A DNA stretch of 63,484 nt, counting the filler, from Licmophora abbreviata (taxonomy: Eukaryota): assembly GCA_900291995.1 (NCBI GenBank). It is 9 parts of 9 records of this genome, joined end to end, with 100 filler letters (N's around TTAATTAATTAA, not from the genome) between each part and the next. Parts side by side here need not be neighbours in the genome. Positions count along the whole stretch, not along the records: positions 33,882 to 44,648 come from OLMU01004831.1; positions 44,749 to 48,851 come from OLMU01004832.1; 7 more parts are not named here. One strand, written 5' to 3'. The notes beneath the pieces are model-generated. The model was not told the origin of the DNA. It saw only the letters and a list, made by a program, of their open reading frames with translations, and ran no database searches. Positions 35,646-47,400 of the stretch are shown piece by piece. Position 1 is the first letter of the stretch. Every line of letters starts with the position of its first letter. The translations under genes and the position numbers were made by a program.

Positions 35646-36869
35646 CTAGTCGCCACGTCCCAAGACAAGTGGGAGCTGATCTGAGTCCTTCTTCATGACC
35701 AGTGTTGGTTGGTACTTCCAATTGTCTGGATCCACGTGAATGGAAGAACGTTGTACTTTGTATCGGTCTGCCAGCTCCTGGGTGGCCGGCTTGATCTCTT
35801 CGATCTTTGTGAAGCCGGTGCTGAGGGCCTTGATTCGCTCCGGGCTGTACATACGGTGATCGTTTCGTTCGATCCGGCCTCGATTCGGGCCTGCGAGTGG
35901 CACACCAACTATCACTATACCATGAGGATTGAGTAGTGTGTGGAACTCGGCCATCGCTGCCAAATCACCTTCGGGGTTCAGAGGATCTCCATAACGACCC
36001 AAGCCGTCGTGTTCGATAGAACTGAAGGAGATGATGATATCGAAGAGCTCGCGAGGACGCTGCTTGGAGAGCTCTGGCATGAGGAGACATTCGATTCTCG
36101 GATCTCCGATCTCCACTTCTTGCCAGTCCACCACCCACACCTTATGAGCTCCCGTGACCGCAAGGACAATGGCTTCCACCCAAGGACTGATCGATCCTGC
36201 GACGAGGATTCTAGGGCTGGTGAATTTACCAACGACGAAGTCCTCGAGGGCTTGGCGAATCTGGAGGGCGCTTCCAGGGTAGTCTGGAGGAGAAATATCA
36301 CCTCCATCGCGAACAGTCGAGACGAGCCTTTCGATCAGACTCGATGACCATTCCTTGATCCAGCCCCCACCATCAGCAGTGCGTTGCATGAGACCCTCCT
36401 GAGCGACAATCGCCGGGACCTGCATGACGCTGGACTTGCCACCAGTACCATCCAGGAACTGACCTGAGTTGCGCAGAGGGACATTAAACTCTCCAAATCT
36501 GTCTTGCTCTAACCTGCTTAGACTACCAAGAGACATTGGTCCGGCGATATGAGCTGTGTTTCTCGCCTTGAGCATGTTGACTTGGTATTGAAGGTCTTGA
36601 ATGGCGGCAAGTTCCTGATGATGACGTTCGATGAGCTTGGTGACCTGCTCCTGTGTTCCAAGCGACACAATCTGAGCTTCGAAGCTCTCGCCAGTAAGTG
36701 GAAGTTTACTGTTGACTGTCTTGGGGTCCGCGAAGATTGGTGCAGCTTGTAGGCGACGACCTTCCGGGGTGTCGAGGCGTTCATTGGTGCGCCCTGTGAA
36801 CACGGTCAAAAGGAACAAGAGCATGGCCACGGCAACGGCTGCGACGGAGCCAAGTGAAAGACGCGGCAT
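35646..36869 (-). CDS. DUF268-family SAM-dependent methyltransferase-like protein, type II membrane
   Basis: N-terminal TM helix, GRRLQ, LVAGSISPWVE, SFSSIEHDGLGRYGDPLNPEGDLAAM, HRMYS. Confidence 0.85.
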   Translation of the reverse strand: MPRLSLGSVAAVAVAMLLFLLTVFTGRTNERLDTPEGRRLQAAPIFADPKTVNSKLPLTGESFEAQIVSLGTQEQVTKLIERHHQELAAIQDLQYQVNMLKARNTAHIAGPMSLGSLSRLEQDRFGEFNVPLRNSGQFLDGTGGKSSVMQVPAIVAQEGLMQRTADGGGWIKEWSSSLIERLVSTVRDGGDISPPDYPGSALQIRQALEDFVVGKFTSPRILVAGSISPWVEAIVLAVTGAHKVWVVDWQEVEIGDPRIECLLMPELSKQRPRELFDIIISFSSIEHDGLGRYGDPLNPEGDLAAMAEFHTLLNPHGIVIVGVPLAGPNRGRIERNDHRMYSPERIKALSTGFTKIEEIKPATQELADRYKVQRSSIHVDPDNWKYQPTLVMKKDSDQLPLVLGRGD

Positions 36870-37190
36870 GGTTCTGTACGATGCTTGGTGACGATAATAG
36901 TGTCAGTAGAGTCATTGCCCAATACATCAGGCAGAAAAGTCGGAGCGAAACTCGAGTCTTTTCTAGTATCATATTTTGTTTTGTTGGGGACGGGTCTTTC
37001 TCGAGAACTCAAATGACTTTTCAATAAATTGAAAATAGTGAAAACGTCAAGAGTAGGACCAAACCACTTTTCTATGGTACGTATCGCGCCGGCGTCGAGA
37101 TGTCGTTAAGCTCAAGCAAAAAGAACAAGCATGATACTGATAACCCCTCTATGTATGATACTTCACTGATATAAAATAGAGACTCAATTC

Positions 37191-38356
37191 TTAGAAGAAG
37201 TTTTCTAGCTGATCTAGATCCATGTTTGTGTAATGACAAGCAAGGCTTTTGAAGTGATCCTTGACATACTTGTTCCCCCTGTGCGCGGCCCGAATTCGTG
37301 CCTTTCGTTTCTCAGGCGATGACATTGTTCCGTGCCCACCAACGCCGTGTGTGTAGTTCGAATAAAACAATCCCACTTGCCAGCCGCTCCCCCAAGCGCG
37401 GGTGCTGTATTCAATATCAAACATGATTCCAGGCTCTCCTGGCTCTGTATACATCTCACTCAAGGGACCAATGTCTTCATAGCAAGCTTTTCGGATAATC
37501 ATGGGAGACGATGCGACTCCCATGGTGAACTGAAAGGGCATCCCGTGGCAGGTATTGTGAACCTTGGAGTGGTTGGCGCGATTGTATGACTTTTCTTCCA
37601 CGTAGTTTTCATGCAAACTTAGCCGCCCCTCGCTGATGTGTTGCCATCCAATGTAACCGCCAAGCACACAGAGCTTGGGGAACTCTTCAAATAGCTGGAT
37701 CGCTCGGAGAGCCCACGGGTCGCCTCCTTCTCGCAAGATATCGTCATCCTGCATCAGAGCATAGTACTGAACATTTGGCTTTTCTCGATAGAGACGTTCC
37801 ATTCCCAGATTGTAGTTTCGAATCTCGTGAATGTTGGGCGACGGAAACAAGCGTCCGTCGATGGTGTCCTTGTGAAATTGGAAAGCTTGTTGAAAGGTTC
37901 GTCTACTTCCATCCGTTGATCCGTCGTCATAAGTCAGAACATCCCGTAATGCCGGTGACTGTGTTGCCAGACTCGAAACCACTTGAAATGCCACGCTCTG
38001 GTGATTGAAACTTTGAATAATTGCCGCCATGACTCCGTTACGTCCTGCCCCACCATCCAAAAGTGGCGGTCGGGAACATGCCTCAGCGATTTCGCTCTTG
38101 TCGATAAAGGCTCGCTGACCGTGTCGTTTGCGAATCTCACCTCACAAGTGTAACTCTTTTCTCTACTACCATGAATGGGCTCGCCGTCAGCTTTGAAGAC
38201 GAATTGAAGCGCACGGGAGGCGGACTCTGCTGGATCGAATCTGGAGGAAAGCATGCCACCGTAGGTCTTGGTTTTCGCAAGGCCCACAAAAGCCACTCCG
38301 AAGAGAGCAAGTAGTAGAGGCAGACTAATGCGTCTTATGCGTTGATGTGCATTCAT
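37191..38356 (-). CDS. GT2-family glycosyltransferase paralog 2 (one-base frameshift at ~38115)
   Basis: Starts MNAHQRIRRISLPLLLALFG. After the frameshift, RAFIDKSEIAEACSRPPLLD aligns to RAYVHKDTIAKACSKPPLLD of paralog 1. TYDDGSTDGS and ALMQDDD present. Confidence 0.82.
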
Positions 38357-39174
38357 AGTAAAAATGTTGGAGCTCAGATCTATGCAGGGCATAAAGCGAT
38401 TGTCTTCGAGAGACGCTCTTCCCAAAGTCTGGGAAATGAATGACCCTGGGCGGTGAGAATGACCAATTTCGCGTGCCTGCGAGAAAAGCAAAAAAGTGAG
38501 AGGCAAAGATCCAAGATCGAGTCGGTTCCTGGCCATAAGTATCACACTTCAACAAAGCGACGTCATCATTTATGATATGATATATTCGTAATTGATACAC
38601 CCTGAACTGCGAGTGTCGTATCATTCAAGTATGTACGTGTCAATTAAATTGATTAAATCGTATTCGAGAGCGAACATAGAGTCATAATTGACGTGTTTTT
38701 GAGCCACGTGACGTATTTAAAGGCGATCACCCTGTACTTAAAGAAGTGCGAGGTTTTTAGTTGACAAGACTGGTATGGTCTGTACCACGGTGTACACATC
38801 TGTACGAGCGGGCCTGGCTGCCGGGATTCAATGGGAAGACGTGCGATGTTGAACGGCGATGTGGCACAGTTTGACAGGCCAAGCGTTCTTCCTCCTTGGT
38901 CGGAGTGGAAGCTAGTGGCACAAGGCACAAAAGCACCAAGCCATCACGTTGCGACCCCAAACGATCGCTAAAAGCCACACAAGAGACCTCCATTGCACCT
39001 CTCAGGCGCTCTATTCTAGTCCTCTGTCTCGTTGACCCTCCTGAAACGACAATCGAAGCGTCGAAGAGGTTTCGGGCGCCAAGATTCAAAAAAGATCCGG
39101 TAGTCTCCAAAACACGTACTTCGCCTAAAAAGCGGGAACAATTATAGACAGTGCCTACCAGCTTCAACGACGTC

Positions 39175-40290
39175 ATGAACAGAGCTTCCGTCACCGCAGA
39201 CGAACCTGCTCAAGTCATGTCTCGTGGAGGCGTCGCTGTGCCGTTCCCATTCAAGCTTCACGAGCTGCTGGAACGAGCCAACCACGATGAATCTCTCGCC
39301 CAAATTCTATCGTGGCAGCCCCACGGTCGCTGCTTTGTCGTTCACAAGCCCTCCCTCTTTGTGGACTACGTCATGACATCGCACTTTACGCAGACCAAGT
39401 TCGCCTCCTTTCAGCGCCAGCTTAATCTTTACGGCTTTGTCCGCCTCGCGACAGGCCGCGACAAGAATGGATACTACCACGAACACTTTTTGCGCGGACA
39501 TCCCGAGCTCGTGTCCAAGCTTACGCGGCAGAAAATCAAAGGAACCAAGGTTCGCAAGGCAGTCACACCTGGCATGGAACCCAGCTTCTACGGCATGCCC
39601 TTCTTGCCCGTTCCCGACCTCAAGCCTGGGGAGCCCGAGGGTGATCCTGAACTCCGCGCTGTGGTGAGCTCGGCAAGTCTCTCGCAGCTTGCTCCGTCGG
39701 CGAGGCATTCCATGCGTGCCTCCGTCAGCATGTCTTCCTTGTCGGCGGCCACACCCTTCGTGCACTCCGTTCCGAGCGTAATCAGTCACGCGTCGTCGTC
39801 GTCGTCCATGGTGGGATCTGCGGCGGGGGTGCGCCACACAACTCCTCCTCCGTTCAACGTCGACTCCGACGAACCACCTGCCGTGACCCCACCGGCTCCT
39901 CCTCAAATCGTTGACTTCGGCTGGTCCGCGACGCACGCTTTGGGCAGTAGTACAATAAGCACCGTCCCTACCAAACTGCAGAAGTCCGTTTCAAATCCAA
40001 CTTTGCCTTCGTTCCATTCGACCGGAGACTTGCTGTTCTTTGAGGGCAAGCCCTTTCACTACATTGATCGTGAGGTCATGATGAAGATTCGTAAGCCTCT
40101 TGCGTCTCGTCCTGTCTCTCAGGAACAACATCCGCTTGCTCATATGGACATTCCATCGCCTGTGGAAATCAGCTCACCTCAGGAAGAACAAGACGTTGGG
40201 CTCAACATGGACAATTTGTGGAGTCCCACCAAGGAAGACAATCCTCATGACGTCTTTACGGCCAAGGATATTGAGTGGATGTTCTCTTAA
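39175..40290 (+). CDS. Heat shock transcription factor (HSF DNA-binding domain)
   Basis: PFPFKLHELL...SWQPHGRCFVVH...FASFQRQLNLYGF..YYHEHFLRGHP; late FFEGKPFHY motif of the kind seen in diatom HSFs. Confidence 0.93.
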   Translation: MNRASVTADEPAQVMSRGGVAVPFPFKLHELLERANHDESLAQILSWQPHGRCFVVHKPSLFVDYVMTSHFTQTKFASFQRQLNLYGFVRLATGRDKNGYYHEHFLRGHPELVSKLTRQKIKGTKVRKAVTPGMEPSFYGMPFLPVPDLKPGEPEGDPELRAVVSSASLSQLAPSARHSMRASVSMSSLSAATPFVHSVPSVISHASSSSSMVGSAAGVRHTTPPPFNVDSDEPPAVTPPAPPQIVDFGWSATHALGSSTISTVPTKLQKSVSNPTLPSFHSTGDLLFFEGKPFHYIDREVMMKIRKPLASRPVSQEQHPLAHMDIPSPVEISSPQEEQDVGLNMDNLWSPTKEDNPHDVFTAKDIEWMFS

Positions 40291-40610
40291 GAGAAAACAA
40301 GACCACACACAGAGTCCAGGTGTATCCCTTGGTGGTGCATCTCGCAATCAGTTCTACAGACATTAGATCCCTGTACGCAGGGGCCTTGCCCAGCAGGAGG
40401 AAGCAAGGAACATACACGACGATACAAGACAATAAACATCGATAGATACAACAACATAGACAAACCAATACATTTCAATATTCTATGGTACAAGCAGTTT
40501 ACTGTAGTACGACGCAGCGGGTACTTCCCAGCACAAGGAATGTGGTCCTCGCCGTGATTCGTGCGACAGTGCTGAAGCGTGCAGAGGGATCCAATCCGTG
40601 TTAACGCCAG

Positions 40611-41666
40611 CTACAAAGATGTCATTTGTTCGGCCTGCTCTTCATGCTCAGCATCTGCGATGCCAAAAGTATGCCGCTTCGACGCTTCGATAGCTTGCCG
40701 GAGTAAAACATCATCGTGCTCCTCGATCCGCACTTCCATTGTTGATCGGGCAAGGACCATGTCCAATTCATGCTGTTCTTGTTCAAGGGTTTTCTCGCGT
40801 TCCCACTGCGATGAGGATAACACGCACCCTAGCGGATCATCAAGTTCCTGCTGGTGTCGTTTCGATTGTTCCAGTGCCCGTTCGAGTGACTCTTCCTCCT
40901 GCCGTTGCAACTCCTGCTCGTGTAGAGCTGATTCCGACAAGGCCCGACGCCATACTTTGTTGTCCTCGTTCTCCGCTTTAAGGAATCGACGCTGGTACTC
41001 CAAACTATCCAGTCTGGCACGTTCCAACTGCGCATCGTCGGCTGCCACCTCGGCTGGGCGCGGATCATGTCTGGATGCCGCCAGAGCATCGAGTTTCACA
41101 TGTGAGGTAGCATCATTCGTCTTGCTGGGAGCGGATTTGCTTTGACCTTTCTGGACTCTTCGAAACTGAGCCATCTCGTTGTCTGCTGTCTGAGCATTTC
41201 GTTCTTTGATCACTACTTTAGTATCCGTCGGCAGTGGGGGCTTGACCAACTGAATCCCTGAGAACAGATTCACAGTGATGCTTCCCTTGCCGCGATTCAG
41301 GAAAAAGACCATTTGTCTTCTTTGCAGTAAACTCTGCACTGCATCCCTCAGTACAGGGCCTGCAAAGTAGGAGTCTGAGTGTGAGTTCCTGACAACGCTC
41401 TATGTTCCATCGATTTCTCCGCGACTGTTCCGTCCTTGCGCATGCATACCTTGCTGGCTGTGCTTTCCCGATCCTGTAATAATGGAGACCCAAATTTCAC
41501 GTTGGCCTTTCGATTTTCGAGATTTTCGTTGTTGCTCTTCCAGGAACATGGTTACCAATCGAATCGCATGGTCGCGCTTGCAAAAGTGCAAGTCCAGAGA
41601 TGGCAACTCGCAGTGGGCGACACACGCTGCAGAAGCGGAATTTCGACGCGGCGCCGAGGAGGACAT
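40611..41666 (-). CDS. Smr (small MutS-related) domain protein with C-terminal UIM-like repeats
   Basis: SLDLHFC..HAI..IITGSGKHSQQG, intron, PVLRDAVQSLL..NRGKGSITV; then LERARLDS, WRRALSES, LERALEQS, LDMVLARS, LRQAIEAS. The start is uncertain. Confidence 0.8.
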
Positions 41667-42047
41667 GCTCGATGTTATACCGAGTTCAGACTTTTTCAAT
41701 AATGTATCGGTTTACAACCAGACCTGCTGCATTCGACGTCCGATCGCATCGTCGGGGAAGTCGTCCGGCTGCTGTGCCATCATGTTGACTACTTGTGTCG
41801 ACATGAATGCGATGTTTACGATGTGGCTTGCCATGGTTGCGGGCAGGCAAAGGGTTAAGGTTATACAATAGGCAAATTGTTGTTGAAACTTCAAACTCCC
41901 TCCAGTCCGGATTCCACTCCCTGCTTGTGGCCACCGATCTGTCTTCCACGCGGGAAAGTCAGTGACACGGCGACGACATCTGAAACGGATGACGATGGTG
42001 CTGGTCATCTTCAATGTTGGTGTTTTCTTCGGGTCTTCTGGTGCAGC

Positions 42048-43373
42048 ATGACGCCTTCTCTCTCCGATAAGAGTCCATCTGAATCACTTCCCGTTCACCT
42101 GGGATTCTCGGAGCCCCTCCCTGCTGACAGTGTCGCCGTCCAGACGCACGAGTCTCCTGATTGGAACCAGTGGGACGGTGGTCAGATTGGAGGGCGGATT
42201 TCGTGGCTGGATCCTCAGAATCTACCTCGCAAGTACCTCGAGTGTCGAACGTGCGAAAGACCGCTGCTCTACTTGTGTCAGTTGTACGCTCCGGCCGATA
42301 CTGTCAATCCAGCCGCCTTTCATAGAACGCTCTACGTCTTCTGTTGTCCAAACTGCTGCGCGAGCAATTCCACGGAGACGGAAGACTGTGTGAGGATACT
42401 GCGAGGCCAGCTCCCCGAGCACAATCCCTTTTATCCCGAGGCGTCGGAGTCATCATGTGATTCCTGGAAGCGTCATACTCCACAGCATTGGAATGTGGAC
42501 ACGTGCGTCGTTTGTGGACAGAGGAGTCGCGGCAACTGTCCCAAACAAAATTTGCCCTTTTGTGGAAATCATCATCAAAAGGAGCACTATCGAGTGCATG
42601 GCAAGCAACATAAGACTGCTAGTTGTGGTGCTGGGGGTGTGTTGCCATCTGTCTTTTGTAGATCGGAACTGGTAGTAGAGGAAGAGCCTCCAGCCGACGA
42701 GCACGAATCGAATGACGACATGCCCGAAACCATGTTTGCGTCGCAAGACAACGACGACTCGGATCAGGATTTGACGCAAGAAGACTTGAACACAATGATT
42801 GGAGCAACGAATAAACTCAAAACGAACAATCACAGTGACGATCCCTTGACGAGTGCGTTCCGAGCGCGAGTGAATGATCGACCCCAAGTGCAACAGCAAG
42901 TGGTACGGTACCAGCAGTGGCCAGGCGGTAGTAAGGATGGCCCGATGTGGATTCGATCAGATCACGTGCCACCATCAGACGATGTTCCGCCGCCGTGCGG
43001 TTGCTGCGGCGGACCACGCAAGTTTGAGTTTCAGCTCATGCCGCAGCTCTTGCACTACCTGTGGCAGGATCGGACAAAGTCAGAGTTTACGAGCGAGCAG
43101 TCTCTTGTAACTCCTGAAGCCAGACAGACATTGTTGGCTGCTTCCGAGGTGGATGTATCGACGGCGCCAGAAAATTTTGAGGAGACACACAAAGAAGCAC
43201 TGCGCAGCATCCAGCATCGTCTGTTGCACCAGGACGAACAAATCGATTGGGGTGTGGTAGCAGTGTATACATGCACTGGAAGCTGTGGAAATGAAGGCGA
43301 ACTTAACGGTGCTGATGAAGACCTGGGTTCGTATCGCGAAGAGTATGCCTGGCGTCAGCCGCCATTGGGTTAA
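42048..43373 (+). CDS. PDCD2: Programmed cell death protein 2 (PDCD2/Tsr4-like uS5 chaperone)
   Basis: IGGRISWL, CRTC..LCQLYAP..FHRTLYVFCC, MYND-like CVVC..C..FC..HQKEH, QVVRY, CGCCGGPRKFEFQLMPQLL, DWGVVAVYTC. Confidence 0.92.
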   Translation: MTPSLSDKSPSESLPVHLGFSEPLPADSVAVQTHESPDWNQWDGGQIGGRISWLDPQNLPRKYLECRTCERPLLYLCQLYAPADTVNPAAFHRTLYVFCCPNCCASNSTETEDCVRILRGQLPEHNPFYPEASESSCDSWKRHTPQHWNVDTCVVCGQRSRGNCPKQNLPFCGNHHQKEHYRVHGKQHKTASCGAGGVLPSVFCRSELVVEEEPPADEHESNDDMPETMFASQDNDDSDQDLTQEDLNTMIGATNKLKTNNHSDDPLTSAFRARVNDRPQVQQQVVRYQQWPGGSKDGPMWIRSDHVPPSDDVPPPCGCCGGPRKFEFQLMPQLLHYLWQDRTKSEFTSEQSLVTPEARQTLLAASEVDVSTAPENFEETHKEALRSIQHRLLHQDEQIDWGVVAVYTCTGSCGNEGELNGADEDLGSYREEYAWRQPPLG

Positions 43374-43887
43374 CTGCACATGCCGTGTGACAGCTTCCAA
43401 AGCTTGCTGTGATGGCTATGTTTCAACTTCGCGTGGCGGACTGGCTTTCGACCACGAAAATGGTACGACGATAAGGCACAGCCCGCAGGATGAGTCCGGG
43501 CCACTGCCTGGAGGGAGCTTCGTATCCTGTGCCGGTCTGGCAATCTAGTCTACTAGAGAGGGTCCAATGACGCACGGCGCCGGCAACTACGAGGACAAGA
43601 CGTTCGACATGCCACTGCGTATTCATTGTTGCCAGTGCTACGGCCTGTAGCTTCAGAACAACATGTACCCTAGGGTGAATCAAAACAGGGCTCATCAAAA
43701 CAGGGCTCTCCGCGGGTTGCCTGCGAAACGTCTGCACTCTAGTTTATGTCGAGCATATGGACGATTCGAAGGACTTGCATCATCGAAACAGATCGAGCTC
43801 ATAACCTAAATAAATTGTCGAGTATCCGTCTCGCATTTTCCGTGGGTGCGGTCCTCATGAGAGAGTAGTTCTAGCTTAGCCTCTGTT

Positions 43888-44142
43888 TTACTCTTCCTTC
43901 GATGCAGGCGCTGGTGCAGGCGCAGCCGCGGGTTCCGGTTCGGAAGGTCCGAAATCTCCCATGTGTTCCGCAATAACCTGACGAGTCAATTCCAGATCTT
44001 CGTCCGCGCTCTTCGCCGGCTTTCCTTTTGAACCAGTCACAACATTCAGCGCTGTACCTCTGTGTCCAAAGACAGGTCGGGAGGCAGTGAAGGCAGCCGA
44101 GAGGGCGGGAATTGCCAAGAGGACGGCGAATGAGAGCTTCAT
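43888..44142 (-). CDS. Small (84 aa) plastid-targeted hypothetical protein
   Basis: MKLSFAVLLAIPALSAAFTAS (signal + AF), transit peptide ending TALN, mature part VVTGSKGKPAKSADEDLELTRQVIAEHM, Pro/Ala tail. Confidence 0.75.
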   Translation of the reverse strand: MKLSFAVLLAIPALSAAFTASRPVFGHRGTALNVVTGSKGKPAKSADEDLELTRQVIAEHMGDFGPSEPEPAAAPAPAPASKEE

Positions 44143-44487
44143 GGTGTCGGGCGAGATCTTTGTAAGACACTGCATCAAGTTGGCACCCGTAGATTCAGTA
44201 CGAATCCTACGGGACATCGCTTACGCACTTGTTCGTGGATAATTAGTACAGACAGTGTTCGTGTCTTCATAACAGATTCAAACGTGCTGCGAAAACCCGC
44301 TTAGCACGGCGAGTTCCCGTACACACAGACAAACTCAAACCTGGCTTCGTGCAGCCGTCTGCACAACAGCAACCAACAAAGAGTGTCTGACGATCAGCAA
44401 ATCACACCGATCTAGAAATGCTAACGCGGAATTATAAGAAGAGGCATTGTCTAATATGTATTTTGCTCTTCTGGCTATGCAGTGGCG

Positions 44488-47400
44488 CTAGTTCAAGCAG
44501 CCGGTACAGCATCCTTCGGTGGCACACATGTCGCAGTTAGCGTAGAGCTGCAGCCCGTCGTTTATTGTTCGAGCGCATAGGTCCTCGGAAATAGTACCTT
44601 GCAAATCGTTTCCAGCGATAGTAAAGAAATCTGGTAGGCAGCATGCCGNNNNNNNNNNNNNNNNNNNNNNNNNNNNNNNNNNNNNNNNNNNNTTAATTAA
44701 TTAANNNNNNNNNNNNNNNNNNNNNNNNNNNNNNNNNNNNNNNNNNNNAATTTACACCGGGACAGGAAACTTACGAAGATTTGAAAGACTGGCCACTTCC
44801 ACCGGAATGGATCCTGTCAGATAGTTAAAGTCGAGCTGTACAAGAAATAGGTCACTCATCAGACCAATCTTGCTTGAAATGGTTCCACTCAAGTAGTTTG
44901 AGTCCAGGTCGATACTCCTTAGTGTCGCAATATTGTACAAGCTTTGTGGTATAGATCCCTGAAGCTTGTTCTCGTCGAGATCCAGAAATTGAAGATTTGT
45001 CAATCTTCCAATCGTCCAGGGAATTGCCCCAGTCAGCACATTTTTATCCAAGCCAAGTTCCACGAGTGAACTCAATGCCCCGATCTCGAACGGAATTTGT
45101 CCAAACAAGTTGCTCTTATCTTCGGAGTGAACGGATTTGAAAGGTTTAGAAAGATGCAAGAAGTAAATAGATGAGGAGCTCGCCAGACTCAAGACGTACC
45201 AATATTGATCTTCGTAACTTGTCCTTGTGGTCCGCAGGAGATGCCTCCCCATTGACACTCACTAGTTCCACTTAGAAAGGAATCGCCGGAGCAAGTTGTG
45301 TTTCCGGTTCGAGAGCATTCAGTCCATTGGTCGCCCTGAGTCTCAAAATAAAGTAGCCCAAGAACATATCTCTGGAGGACATTAGAATCGCCGGGGCACA
45401 CTTGCAGCAGATCAGTGTCCAGAATCCAATGAAGCGCTTTGGCCCGCGTACTTTCCACATCATCAAGCATTCCGTCTCCAGATAACTCCGATATTTCCAT
45501 GAAAAGACCTACCGCTCGTTCTACCACTGTGAGACCATCACAGACAAGTGGCCGAGTTGGACTAGGCGTCGGCGAGGGGGTTGGAAGAGACGGAGGTCCA
45601 CCTGGCGTTTGACCAGACACAGCCATTGCGGTCGGCGACGCCGTCAATGTTCCTCGAGCACTCGGACTACTGGACGGAATCGCGACAACAACTGGAGAGG
45701 TGGTAGGCGCACTCGATCTGGCGTCACTAGGAGAGGCGCTAGGTACACGACTCGTAGTCTGAGTATCGCTGGACTGTGATGATGGTGACAAGCTCGGCGA
45801 GGTACTCGGTGCAGAGGTACCATTGCTCTCAGGACTCATACTCGGCAGAGCGCTCGGAGCTTGGACTATGGTCGGTGACGCGCTGGGAAGTTTACTCGGA
45901 ACTGAAGAGGTAGATATAGGATTCGGACTGGGCAAACCGCTCGGAGCCTGACTCGCGGCAGGTGATACGTCCGACGTGTCGCTGGGAACTGCAGTACTGG
46001 AAGCTGGGCTATGACTCGGTGATTCACTCTGAGCTGGGCTGATCGCAGTCGGATTCACACTGAATGATTCGCTTGGAACCGGGGTGCTATCATTTGGGCT
46101 CAGTTTGCCTGTAGGGGATATGGTCGGGTCCGAGCTGTTCGCTGAGCTCGGCTTTTGTGACGCGCTGGGAAATTTACTCGGAGAGAAAGTGCTAGATACA
46201 GGATTCAGGCTGGGAGAGACGCTCGGAGCTTGACTCGCTTTAGGTGATGCGTTGAAACTGTCGCTGGGAGCTGCAGTGCTTGAAGCCGGGCTGCGAGTCG
46301 GTAATGCACTAGGAACCGGGCTGCTCGCAGTCGGATTTTCAGTGTTCCTATCGTTTGGATTCGTATTTCCTGCAGTGGGCACGTCCGGCTCCGAAGTGTT
46401 TGCCGAGGTTGGCTCAGTTGACACGCTGGGAAATTTAGTCGGAGCTGGAGTGCTGGATACAGGATTCAGAGTAGGCAAAGTGCTCGGAGCTCGACTCGAA
46501 GTGTCGCTGGGAGCTGCAGTGTTGGAAGCCGGGCTGCGAGTCGGTGATTCACTCAGAACTGGGCTGATTACAGTCGGGTTCTCGCTAGATAAATCGCTTG
46601 GAGCAGGGGTGCTTACAGTTGGGCTAAGATTTCCTGTCGGGGGCACGGTCGGTGCCGGAATCTTCGCTGAGGTCGCCTCCGCACTGTTTGCTGAAGTTGG
46701 CTCCAAGCTGTTAGCTGAGTTCGGCTCCGGTGACGCGCTGGGAAATTTACTCGGAGCTGAAGTGCTAGAGACAGAATTCAGACTAGGTACAGTACTCGGA
46801 GCTTGACTGGCGGTAGGTGATACTTTGACATTGTCGCTGGGAGCTGCGGTGCTTGAAGCCGGGCTGCGTGTCGGTGATTTACTCGGAACCGAGCTGCTTG
46901 CAGTCGGACTCTCACTAGATGATTCGCTTGGAGCAGCGGTAATTTCATCTGGACTCGCATTTCCTGTAAAGGATACTGTAGGTTCCAAACTGGTTGCTAA
47001 GGTTGGCTCCGAACTATTTGGTGTGATTGGCTCCTCACTGGGTGATTTACTTTGAATTGCACTGGGTATCGAGCTTGGTTGATGGGACGTTGACTGCGTT
47101 GGTGCTGACGATGACGGCGGTGGGCTGGGACTTTGAGTGATAACCTCATATGTGGGCTTTAAAGAATCCTGGGCTGTGGGTAGCGAAGACGGAGTATGAG
47201 AAGTGTCGATCGTGGGCGACAGTGTTGTGCTCGATGTGGGCGCAGATGAAGCAGGTTGTGACGGGGTGGAGGAGCCGTCTTTCGACGGTGAACCTGAAAG
47301 TGCCGTTGGGGACGATGTTGGTGACAAACTTGGTGAGGAGCTTGTCGGCAAGTAGGTGATGTCTGCTGTCTCGGAAAATGTTGGTGTCGGAGTTGGTAAG

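Noticed and set aside
43679..43708. Perfect 15-bp tandem duplication ATCAAAACAGGGCTC x2
   Set aside because: Isolated intergenic slippage event with no associated element.
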